The notes beneath the pieces were generated by a model. That model was not told where the DNA came from, did no database searches, and saw nothing but the letters and a program-made list of their open reading frames with translations. Made by a program: the position numbers and the translations under genes. This document shows positions 7,186 through 15,524 of a stretch of 64,000 nt of DNA, one piece after another (positions within the stretch are counted from its first letter, which is position 1; the number at the start of each line of letters is the position of its first letter). The stretch is taken from NCBI GenBank assembly GCA_965116365.1, contig OZ220682.1:2008001-2072000 (forward strand). The letters are read 5' to 3'. The DNA comes from Dehalococcoidia bacterium. Its GTDB lineage: Bacteria > Chloroflexota > Dehalococcoidia > Lucifugimonadales > Lucifugimonadaceae.

Positions 7186-7227
7186 TTCTAGCCTCTTCCA
7201 CGGGTTTGGCGGAGTGTCTTTTCGCAT

Positions 7228-7520
7228 CTAATTTTGAATTAGTTTAGATGAAGTCTCATGCGAATATCAATACTTTTCGAAACAAGTCTCGAATTTTCGC
7301 GATCTGCCTTCAGGTGTGTTCAAATTTGTTCAAAATAAATTTAGCATTAATTTGGTTTAAGTTCGTTATAGTTTTGAACTTGTTTAATAATCGATGCGAT
7401 TTCGCTTTGGATTGGCGTGTTTTGGATGATGAACTAGTTTTGGCTAAGTACGAAAATAGGCTTCATCCGCTCTGGCGGCAGTTTGCGGCAAGAAAAAACG
7501 GGGCATTTTGGATTTAGAGA
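7228..7520. other. Strongly AT-rich intergenic block with iterated GTTCAAA and TTTGGAT motifs
   Basis: My hand count gives 13/60 GC for 7321-7380, against 55-67% in neighbouring genes. GTTCAAA occurs at 7318-7324 and 7328-7334, with the inverted TTTGAAC at 7373-7379. TTTGGAT occurs at 7406-7412, 7421-7427 and 7507-7513, all in the same orientation. Confidence 0.6.
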
Positions 7521-7554
7521 TTTGCGGTGTGTACGCGCTCCTGTGGCTGCAACG

Positions 7555-7580
7555 AGGACAGGTTTGAAACCTGCCGCTAC
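7555..7580. repeat. REP-like repeat family C
   Basis: aggacaggtttgaaacctgccgctac. It is inverted relative to the copy at 7820-7849. Confidence 0.8.
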
Positions 7581-7756
7581 CGTATCTCTGAAGATGACCC
7601 CTATCGCCTGCCCTTTCGAAAATGGGGGTAGGAGGGAGCGAGATAGGGTTTGGGACGTGTGCGGTGTCGCGAGGCGTGTTTTCGGGGATGTCTAGTTTGG
7701 GGTCTGCCCTGCCCCGTTTTGAAGTGCGGTGACGGTGTGCTTCTTGCGCTCGACGG

Positions 7757-7796
7757 CCCCCTCACCCTAGCCCTCTCCCACGGAAGGGAGAGGGGA
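7757..7796. repeat. Palindromic repeat family A
   Basis: ccccctcaccctagccctctcccacggaagggagagggga. Confidence 0.85.
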
Positions 7797-7819
7797 TTAA
7801 GTCTCGCGCCAACGCATTC

Positions 7820-7849
7820 GTAGCGGCGCAGGTTTGAAACCTGTCCTAC
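7820..7849. repeat. REP-like repeat family C (opposite orientation)
   Basis: gtagcggcgcaggtttgaaacctgtcctac, a GTAG head followed by an imperfect palindrome. Confidence 0.8.
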
Positions 7850-7970
7850 CATTGGATCTTTCGCTTCGCTAACGGGACGGTACGTGTTAGGGTTGCGGTG
7901 GGCGTTTTGGCCCGATGGTGGCTCTTCCGCTGTCGGCTAGAATCGGATTAACGCAACAGTCGGTTTTTCA

Positions 7971-10865
7971 ATGACTACTTCGTCGTCCAAGACGAGATCG
8001 AATGGTCGGACCAAGTGGCTCGATCTGCGGGTCAATGGTGTTGCGGTTCAGTGTGCGGATGGCGGGCGGGTTCTGGATGCGGTGAGGGATGCGGGGTTTG
8101 AGGTGCCGACTCTTTGCTATGACGAACGTGTGGGCGCGCAAGGGACTTGTCGGATGTGTTTGGTCGAGGTGGAGGTGAATGGGAGAGTGGAGCAGGTGGC
8201 GTCATGCACCGCCTTTGCGGAGCAAGGGATGGATGTGGCTACGCACACTGACGAGATTCGGTCGTATCGGAAGACGCTGTTGGAGATGCTGCTTTCGGAG
8301 ATGGCGTCGCCGAATAACAATCCGTATTCCAACAAGGTGGGGCCTACTGAGTTTGATCGTGCGGTTGAGGAGTATGAAGCGAAGTGGGACGCGTTACCTC
8401 ACTTGGGGGCTCGCCCAAAGGCGTCGCACGACGAGAATCCATTCATTCAGCGTGACTACGACTACTGCATCGCGTGTTATCGGTGCACGAACATCTGCAA
8501 CGACTGGGAGCAGGCGGCGGCGATCACGGTGGATGGTCGGGGGCAGGATTCGAGCATCTTCACCTTTTTCGGGAATGAGTTGATCGATTCACCGTGCACT
8601 TTCTGTGGTCAGTGCATCAACACCTGCCCTACTGGCGCGTTGACGGATCGGAAGGTTGTTAGTCAGGACATATCGGCAGAGGATATTGACCGGACGCAGT
8701 CGGTATGTCCGTACTGCGGTGTGGGATGCGGTATCGAGATATTGACGCATGACGGCGAGATCATCGGAGCGGAGCCGGACTTCACTGCTGCGAGTCGCGG
8801 CTCGCTTTGTGTGAAGGGTCAGTTCGCGTCTTGGGAGTTCGTGAGGAGCGAAGATCGGTTACGTCATCCGTTGATCAAACAGCCGGACGGGACTTTCCGC
8901 AAGGCGTCGTGGGACGAGGCATTGGATCTGGTTTCGTCGAAGTTCAAGGATGCGATCGCGGAAGAGGGGCCGGATTCTGTTGTTTGTTGGGCATCGGCTC
9001 GCGTGGTTACGGAAGCGAACTACCTGATGCAGAAGTTCGCTCGTGTCGCGATAGGGACGAACAATATCGACAACTGTTCCCGTACTTGACACGCTCCGAC
9101 GGTCGCCGGTCTGGCGGTCATGGTGGGAAGAGGAGCGATGTCGAACTCGATCGAGGAGTTGGCTGGCACCGATTTCCTGCTGGTTACAGGCTCCAACACT
9201 ACAGAGGCGCATCCGGTCATATCGTTGCGGATGAAGCGCGCAGTGAAGAATGGTGCCAAGTTAGTGGTGGTCGATCCGCGCAAAATCGAGCTTACGAATT
9301 GGGCGACGCGACACGTTCAGATCAAGGTCGGGACCGATATCCCGTTCTACAACGCGGTTGCGCACGTGATTATTAATGAGGGGTTGTACGATCCGGAGTT
9401 CGTCGAGCATCGGACTGAAGGTTTCGAGGCATTCGCTCGGCACGTGCAGATGTACACACCAGAGTATTCGGCGGAAATCTGCGGAGTAACTCCAGAGGAG
9501 ATTATCGAGACGGCACGGGAGTTTGCAGCGGCGGCACCGAAGGCTTCGATCTGCTACACGCTAGGCATTACCGAGCACTCTTGCGGCTCGCACAATGTTC
9601 AGTCGCTGGGAAATCTGGGACTGCTGTGCGGGACGTTGGGAGTGCCGAACGCGGGCGTGAATCCGCTTCGTGGTCAGAACAATGTTCAGGGTGCGGGCGA
9701 TGCCGGCTGTATTCCGACCGATCTGCCGGGGTACCAGAAGGTGGAACGTCCGGGAATTCGCGAGCAGTTCGAAGAGGCTTGGGGCGAGCCGCTGCCGAAA
9801 CGTCGGGGTATCACGAAGATCACGGCGATGGAGCAGATGATCAAGGGACGAGTGAAGGCGGTTTACGTGATGGGTGAGAACACGATCGTGTCGGACCCGC
9901 ACGCCAACCACGCCGAACATGCGCTGAGGTCGGTCGATTTCCTCGTGGTTCAGGACATATTTCTGACTGAAACGGCGCAGCTAGCGGACGTGGTTCTGCC
10001 AGCGGGGGCATTTGCGGAGTCGGACGGGACGTTTGCGAATAGCGAGCGACGAGTCCAACGGGTACGCCCTGCTGTTGCGCCGCCGGGCGAGGCGAAGACC
10101 GATGTCGAGATTCTGTTGACGCTGTTCGAGCGGATGGGCAAGCCGCAAGATATGAAGACGGCGACGGATGTTTTCAACGAGATGCGGAGCGTAACGCCGA
10201 TCTATGGTGGGATTTCGCATGAACGGTTGGAACGTGACGGAGGGATTCAGTGGCCATGCGGGGACGAGGACGATCCGGGGACGGAGTATTTGCACGGCGA
10301 CGAGTTTTCTACTGGTTTTCCTGGCTTCTTCGCACCAGTGGACCATATTCCACCAGCTGAGGAACCAGACGAGGAGTATCCCTGGATGCTGACTACGGGG
10401 CGGCGGAGGTCGACATATCACACGGGGACGCAGACGGGGCAGGCGTCGGGCTTCCAACTGTTAGTGCCGCACGAGATGCTGGAGATCAATCCGCGAGACG
10501 CAGAGGAGATGGGGTTGGAGGACGGCGATTTGCTGGATGTTGCGTCTAGGCGTGGGCAGGTAACAGTGGCGGCGCGGTTGACAGAGCGATCTCCCCGAGG
10601 TCTGGTCTTCATGTCGTTCGCATTTCCGGAGTTCACTCGGACAAACGATGTGACTTCAGACGCTTACGACTTCATCACAGAGACTCCGGAGTTCAAGGCA
10701 TGTGCGGTGAAGATATCGAAGTCGTCGCGTCAGGACGAAGAGTTCAGGCAGGCGCAGCGTCGGATACGGCTGGCAGGAGAGGTTAAGCAGCCGACGGAGT
10801 TGATGCCGGGGGTGAATGGGCATCGGAACGGACTAAAGTTGACAGATGTTCCAGATAGGCAGTAA
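7971..10865 (+). CDS. fdhA: Selenocysteine-containing formate dehydrogenase alpha subunit (2Fe-2S + 4Fe-4S + molybdopterin domains), read through the TGA at 9087-9089
   Basis: ORFs 7971-9089 and 9120-10865 are in the same frame. The sequence across the junction reads NNIDNCSRT-TGA-HAPTVAGLAVMVGRGAMSNSIEEL, which is the FdhF-type active-site context with TGA at the Sec position. The N-terminus carries CxxC clusters (CRMC, CIACYRCTNIC, CTFCGQCINTCP, CPYCGVGCG) and the C-terminus has MopB/molybdopterin-binding motifs. Confidence 0.9.
9090..9122 (+). promoter_or_regulatory. Bacterial SECIS hairpin directing Sec insertion at the TGA at 9087-9089
   Basis: GGUCGCC (9101-9107) pairs with GGCGGUC (9113-9119) as 7 bp including 2 G-U, around the loop GGUCU (9108-9112). 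The stem starts 11 nt after the UGA. From memory, E. coli fdhF has UGACACG...GGUUGCAGGUCUGCACC, with the same GGUCU apex. Confidence 0.75.
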
Positions 10866-10874
10866 ACTGATCGC

Positions 10875-11501
10875 ATGAGCGCGAGCAGCGACCTTCGACG
10901 AGACCTTGCGGGCCAAACTTTCGGGACGGTGCTGGCTGATCCGCCATGGCGGTTCCACAACCGTACCGGCAAGGTTGCGCCAGAACACCGCCGACTTTCA
11001 CGCTACGACACCCTGTCTTTCGACGAAATCGCAGCATTGCCGGTAGCAGAACACATGGATGAAACTGCTCACTGCTACCTGTGGGTGCCCAACGCGTTGC
11101 TGCCGTACGGGTTGTCGGTTCTTGAAGCATGGGGATTCACTTACAAGACAAACCTGATCTGGCACAAGATACGCAAGGACGGTGGATCGGACGGCCGCGG
11201 TGTAGGCTTTTACTTCCGTAACGTCACTGAGATGGTCCTGTTCGGCGTTCGTGGCAAAAATGCCCGCACACTCGCGCCAGGGCGTAGCCAGGTGAACTTG
11301 ATGGCATCACGCAAACGCGAGCACTCCCGTAAACCCGACGAACAGTACGACATCATCGAAGCCTGCTCGTGGGGTCCATATTTGGAACTCTTTGGTCGCG
11401 GTCAGCGCGGAGGATGGACTGTGTGGGGCGACCAAGCTACCGCCAGCTACGAGCCTGACTGGCCGACCTACGACTACAACTCTGCGACCGTGGCAGCATG
11501 A
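10875..11501 (+). CDS. MT-A70 family DNA N6-adenine methyltransferase
   Basis: Has the DPPW catalytic motif (VLADPPWRF). The downstream segment YLWVPN...EAWGF.Y....W.K.....G.G.YFRN.TE..LFG.RG, then HSRKPDE, is typical of MT-A70. It starts 9 nt after the fdhA stop, and its TGA overlaps the ATG of the next gene (ATGA at 11498-11501). Confidence 0.85.
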   Translation: MSASSDLRRDLAGQTFGTVLADPPWRFHNRTGKVAPEHRRLSRYDTLSFDEIAALPVAEHMDETAHCYLWVPNALLPYGLSVLEAWGFTYKTNLIWHKIRKDGGSDGRGVGFYFRNVTEMVLFGVRGKNARTLAPGRSQVNLMASRKREHSRKPDEQYDIIEACSWGPYLELFGRGQRGGWTVWGDQATASYEPDWPTYDYNSATVAA

Positions 11502-12232
11502 ACCTGAGCGACTTGGTGTCAGCCGAGTTCAACATCGATACATTGAACCATGCCGAAGCGGTGTTGGAGCGAGATTTCCCGCAACCTATGTCCGAACTCT
11601 GCGACGTCATGCTGAATATTAGTATTTCGGTGGAAGAGCTTGTGCGTGGCGGAGGCGGTGAATCTCCCGTGACTCGACGGATACGAAACGCGTTAAACGA
11701 CCACGGTTGGCCGACGCGTCAAGTAACTATCCGCAGAATCGTCGATGACGAAGAACGGGCATCAACCACGCACAAAATCGACCACGTACGCTCCACCGAT
11801 TCCGGATCGGTAGCTTTGGAGATCGAATGGAACAACAAAGACCCTTTCTATGACCGCGACTTGGAAAACTTCCAGCGGCTCCACCGCGAGGGAGTCATCA
11901 GTGTCGGTGTAATCATTACACGCGGATCATCTCTGCAAACGGCCCTACACCAGATCGTGTTGGACTTCGCTCATAGGTATCAAATCGCGGGATTTGATGA
12001 TCTGACGACTTTCGGCTACTCGCCCACAGCGCGCCAACAACGCGACGTGGAAAGACGACTTGCTGATAGCGATTTTCCCACCGCATGGAGCCGAGCATTC
12101 GTCACCGACAAGTTCGGTGCTTCCACCACGCACTGGGACAAACTCCAAGAACGCGTCCGCCGAGGCGTTGGCAACCCTTGCCCCCTTCTTCTCATAGGAA
12201 TCCCCGCCCAATCAGTACGGCAGAGCCCATGA
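11498..12232 (+). CDS. BglII/BamHI-fold restriction endonuclease-like protein (R1)
   Basis: The N-terminus FNIDTLNHAEAVLERDF resembles the BglII N-terminus (as I recall, DITDYNHADEIL). The catalytic-type segment is IDH-x10-ALEIEWNNKD, i.e. D...ExE as in BamHI. It is translationally coupled to the methyltransferase. Confidence 0.7.
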   Translation: MNLSDLVSAEFNIDTLNHAEAVLERDFPQPMSELCDVMLNISISVEELVRGGGGESPVTRRIRNALNDHGWPTRQVTIRRIVDDEERASTTHKIDHVRSTDSGSVALEIEWNNKDPFYDRDLENFQRLHREGVISVGVIITRGSSLQTALHQIVLDFAHRYQIAGFDDLTTFGYSPTARQQRDVERRLADSDFPTAWSRAFVTDKFGASTTHWDKLQERVRRGVGNPCPLLLIGIPAQSVRQSP

Positions 12233-12311
12233 ATGTCACGCTAGAACATTGCACACCGCGGCTTATGCATGAACCCGATTACCATCCGAGTAAACACAAC
12301 AGTGGCTATTG

Positions 12312-12923
12312 ATGCGCATCGTTGAGATTCATTCGCATCTTAACGGCGTCGAGTTTTTGTCTATTCGACGTCCATGGTTGTGGCGCGAGATCAAAGACGG
12401 GATTGAGGCCTTAGACATATCAGAGTGCGCGGAGACAGCCTTGGGTTCAAACGATCATTTGCTGCAAGGACGATTTTCGCCAACATCCGTAAAACATGCA
12501 CTCAACAATCGGTTCAAAGATTTAGGTTGGGGAAGACGAGCGACCAGGTTTTGGGCAGCTGATGATGCCGAACTAACAAGAACAGTTGCTCGAATGCCAG
12601 TGGAGATTCAGCTGCGAAATATCAAGTTTCAAGGGGCTGAACCGATCTCCACGCTCTTGGAAGTCGATCACTACAAAGACCGCGTAGCGGTTCAGGTCAA
12701 GTTCGATAACTCATCGCTGACAGGTTACGACACCTACTTGACTTACTTGAATTTCTACGGGTCCGGTCTGATAGACGTGGGGATTCAAATCCTGCCGATG
12801 AAAGAACTTGAGACTCAGATGTCGTCGGGTGTGGCCTGTTACGAGCGTGACTTGCTGAACATCATTCGCCAAGGGCGTGGTGTTCCGGCTGTACCGCTTG
12901 TATTGATGGGGATCGCGCCTTAG
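12312..12923 (+). CDS. Second, divergent BglII-fold restriction endonuclease-like protein (R2)
   Basis: IVEIHSHLNGVEFLSIRRPWLWREIKDGI resembles the BglII N-terminus. VDHYKDRVAVQVKFDN aligns with BglII DIDFGKRDTLVEVQFSN, giving D-x8-Q-x-K. The ATG at 12312 was preferred over the TTG at 12309. Three sampled lines give 43-50% GC, about 10 points below R1 and M. Confidence 0.65.
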   Translation: MRIVEIHSHLNGVEFLSIRRPWLWREIKDGIEALDISECAETALGSNDHLLQGRFSPTSVKHALNNRFKDLGWGRRATRFWAADDAELTRTVARMPVEIQLRNIKFQGAEPISTLLEVDHYKDRVAVQVKFDNSSLTGYDTYLTYLNFYGSGLIDVGIQILPMKELETQMSSGVACYERDLLNIIRQGRGVPAVPLVLMGIAP

Positions 12924-13825
12924 ATCGGCGTTTGCCTTGGGTGCATTCTTGATGCCCAGAATGCGGGATCGCCGGCTAGCGGGTGGGTTACGTGTTCGAC
13001 GATGGAGCGGGGTTGGTGGTTGAGTGCGTAGTTGCCTAGGTTGTCTAGAACCCAGCTTGTTGCGGCTCGAGGTCTACGCGAAGCGGATGCGCTTCCTAAG
13101 TCGGATGGCATCTCGCGGTAGTCTATGTTCCGCTCTTGGTACTCGTTTAACGTATTGATCGCCCTACGATCAACGACTTTTTCGCCCGACATATTTATTA
13201 CGGTGGCACCGATTTCGAGAAGGTGCAGCTCACGGTGGGACAACAATGGGTCCGAAGTGGGTCCGTGATGGACGGCGACGAAAACGATGTCGCTTTGAGA
13301 CATGAGCAGATCGAGCGAGGATCGGCGCGCCCCGATGCTCTGGAATGACATTTGTTGAGGTGTCCGAATGTCGTTTACCCAGATCTTCGCCCCTAATTCG
13401 TTCAAGCGTTTGCCGAGTTCGTACCCCAACGATCCGAAACCGATGATTCCGGCGACATTAGGGCTCTTTTGCCGGGTTCTGGATGATTGGCGTGCGATTT
13501 CGCGCCACTGGTCGATTGCCCAGTCGGCGGGATCGTGAACCAACAGTGAAGAGGCGTTGGCCACAGTCAAACCGTCGTCGGTCATGTTTGGTGCGCCGGA
13601 GCCGCAGTCTATGAGTTGCAGGTATCTAACCGAAGCTGGAAGTTTGCCGATTTCATTTTCCTGGGTTTCGCTATCGGTGACAACGACCTCAGCGTCGTCG
13701 ATGTTGTCTGTCAGGTCGTAATTGCCTAGATGAAGATTGCTGGCGGCCCGTAGAGCGTTTTCGAGGGCGGAACGAATTGCCGGACGGCGTGGCAAAGCGA
13801 TGTGGATTTTGTGTCGGTCTTGCAT
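12920..13825 (-). CDS. Divergent D-isomer 2-hydroxyacid dehydrogenase-like NAD-binding protein
   Basis: Rossmann motif VAGIIGFGSLGYELGKRL followed by an acidic residue in WVNDIR. The later segment DIVFVAVHHGP...LL is typical of the family. Its stop overlaps the R2 stop by 4 nt (the genes are convergent). Confidence 0.55.
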   Translation of the reverse strand: MQDRHKIHIALPRRPAIRSALENALRAASNLHLGNYDLTDNIDDAEVVVTDSETQENEIGKLPASVRYLQLIDCGSGAPNMTDDGLTVANASSLLVHDPADWAIDQWREIARQSSRTRQKSPNVAGIIGFGSLGYELGKRLNELGAKIWVNDIRTPQQMSFQSIGARRSSLDLLMSQSDIVFVAVHHGPTSDPLLSHRELHLLEIGATVINMSGEKVVDRRAINTLNEYQERNIDYREMPSDLGSASASRRPRAATSWVLDNLGNYALNHQPRSIVEHVTHPLAGDPAFWASRMHPRQTPI

Positions 13826-13859
13826 CCGCAGTTCTAAACTATCTCTTCAGGAGTCCTAG

Positions 13860-14792
13860 ATGCCGTCCGCCAAATTGTCGCACATAGATTTGCGTTGCCC
13901 TCTGTTCATCCCGGGCAATAGACGGGACATGCTCGGGAAGGCGGGACGTTACTCGCCGTCGGCGTTTATCCCAGACATGGAGGACTCGGTTCCGATGGCG
14001 AATAAGGCGGAGGCACGTGCGATTACCGCTGAAGCTCTGCCCTCCTTGTTCGAGTTGGGGAAGTCGGTTGTACCGCGGGTTAACTCGCTGGCTACTGAGT
14101 TGACGAGGGATGATCTTCAGGCGGTAGTTAGTCAACATATTGTTGCAATCAGCATCGGGAAGATTCGATCAGTCGACGATATTGCGGTGGTTGATGGCAT
14201 GTTGTCGGAGTTGGAGGCGAACTGCGGAATTGAGGTCGGGAAGGTCGGGATACTGCCTTGGTTAGAAACGGCTAGCGCGATCGTGAACGCGTTTGACATC
14301 TGTAACGCGTCAGAGAGAGTCAAGTGGGTTGCGTTTGGTGCTGAGGACTTCAGCGCTGATATGGGTATAAGCCGAGCGGTCGATGTTGTTGGTGGGGATA
14401 CGGGAACTATCGACGAGTATGGCGAGGCATCGCTGCTTTACGCGCGGTCGGCAGTGGCGGTGGCGGCACGCGCGGCGGATGTTCAGGCGCTGGATACGCC
14501 GTATGTGAAGTTCCGCGATCCTGACGGACTAAGAAGCGAGGCGGGTTTGGCTCGACGGTTAGGATATGGCGGCAAATTTGCGATCCACCCTGCTCAGGTC
14601 GAGGTGATCACGGAGATTTTTTCGCCTACGGATGCCGAAATCGAGCGCGCACGACGAGTACTCGAAGTCGCGCGCGTCGCAGAACTTGAGGGACGTGGGA
14701 GTGTTTCTCTGGATGGCGAGATGGTTGATGCACCAGTGGTGGCACGGGCTCGCAATGTGATGGCGCGGGCGAATATTAATCTCGATGATTGA
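13860..14792 (+). CDS. HpcH/HpaI aldolase / citrate lyase beta (CitE)-like CoA-ester lyase
   Basis: LFIPGNRRDMLGKA......FIPDMEDSV......AR....., then WVAFGAEDFSADMG and FAIHPAQV, are CitE/malyl-CoA lyase family signatures. Confidence 0.8.
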   Translation: MPSAKLSHIDLRCPLFIPGNRRDMLGKAGRYSPSAFIPDMEDSVPMANKAEARAITAEALPSLFELGKSVVPRVNSLATELTRDDLQAVVSQHIVAISIGKIRSVDDIAVVDGMLSELEANCGIEVGKVGILPWLETASAIVNAFDICNASERVKWVAFGAEDFSADMGISRAVDVVGGDTGTIDEYGEASLLYARSAVAVAARAADVQALDTPYVKFRDPDGLRSEAGLARRLGYGGKFAIHPAQVEVITEIFSPTDAEIERARRVLEVARVAELEGRGSVSLDGEMVDAPVVARARNVMARANINLDD

Positions 14793-14838
14793 CTGAACGT
14801 AAGACAATGGATTCAGCGCAAGATTGAGGAGAAACGAC

Positions 14839-15351
14839 ATGAGTGATAACGGAACGCAGGCATTTGGCCGGTTTTTCGAGGATTTCGAGGTTGGAGACGT
14901 TTATCGGAACTGGCCTGGGCGGACGATCTCGGAGGCGGACGACACGTGGTTTTCGCTGTTGACGCAGAACCAGAACCCGATCCATATCGATGCGAACTAC
15001 GCGGCCGAGCATACTGAGCATCGGAAGTGTCTGGTGAATGGCATCTTGGTATTTGCGATCGTGATTGGTCAGTGTGTTCCGAGCGTATCGGGGCGTGCGA
15101 TTGCGGCATTGGAGTATGAGAAGGTCACGCACGAGGGTCCGACGTTCCACGGCGACACGATCTACTCGGAGGCGCATGTCTTAGATAAGTGGGAGACTTC
15201 TAAGGGAGATCGCGGAGTCGTTCAACTGGACTGTTTCGGGTATAACCAGCGGAATGAGCGTGTGCTGTCGGTTAGACGCACGGTGCTGATACCGAAGCGG
15301 AACCATCCGACGATGGGTGAGCATGCGGAGTTTTATCCGGCGGTTGGTTAA
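14839..15351 (+). CDS. MaoC-like (R)-specific enoyl-CoA hydratase/dehydratase
   Basis: FEDFEVGDVY....RTISEADDTWFSLLTQNQNPIHID..YA is the hot-dog MaoC signature. The ATG at 14839 has GAGGAG 7 nt upstream. Confidence 0.8.
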   Translation: MSDNGTQAFGRFFEDFEVGDVYRNWPGRTISEADDTWFSLLTQNQNPIHIDANYAAEHTEHRKCLVNGILVFAIVIGQCVPSVSGRAIAALEYEKVTHEGPTFHGDTIYSEAHVLDKWETSKGDRGVVQLDCFGYNQRNERVLSVRRTVLIPKRNHPTMGEHAEFYPAVG

Positions 15352-15524
15352 CCCATGCTCCCGGTTCAAGTCCAGGACAGGCTATCGCCCCCTTGAAGTA
15401 GAAGTGTTTGCTGATCGGTATGCAGTGTGTGAAAATCCGCTTGGCGTAACATCTTTACTCGAGTGACATCAAGCATGTGTATCAAACCGCCAGTGGTTGC
15501 GTAAACGACATAGGAGGAATGCAT

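Noticed and set aside
1044-7849. The possibility that the recurring short palindromes form a CRISPR array.
   Set aside because: Copies belong to several different families, are irregularly spaced (tens of bp to kb), occur in both orientations and are scattered between genes. There is no repeat-spacer periodicity and no cas genes.
9087-9122. An apparent premature stop or split gene (pseudogene) in the formate dehydrogenase.
   Set aside because: The TGA is in frame with the downstream ORF and sits at the conserved Sec/Cys active-site position. A SECIS-like hairpin with a GGUCU loop follows it. Recoding is a far better explanation than gene decay.
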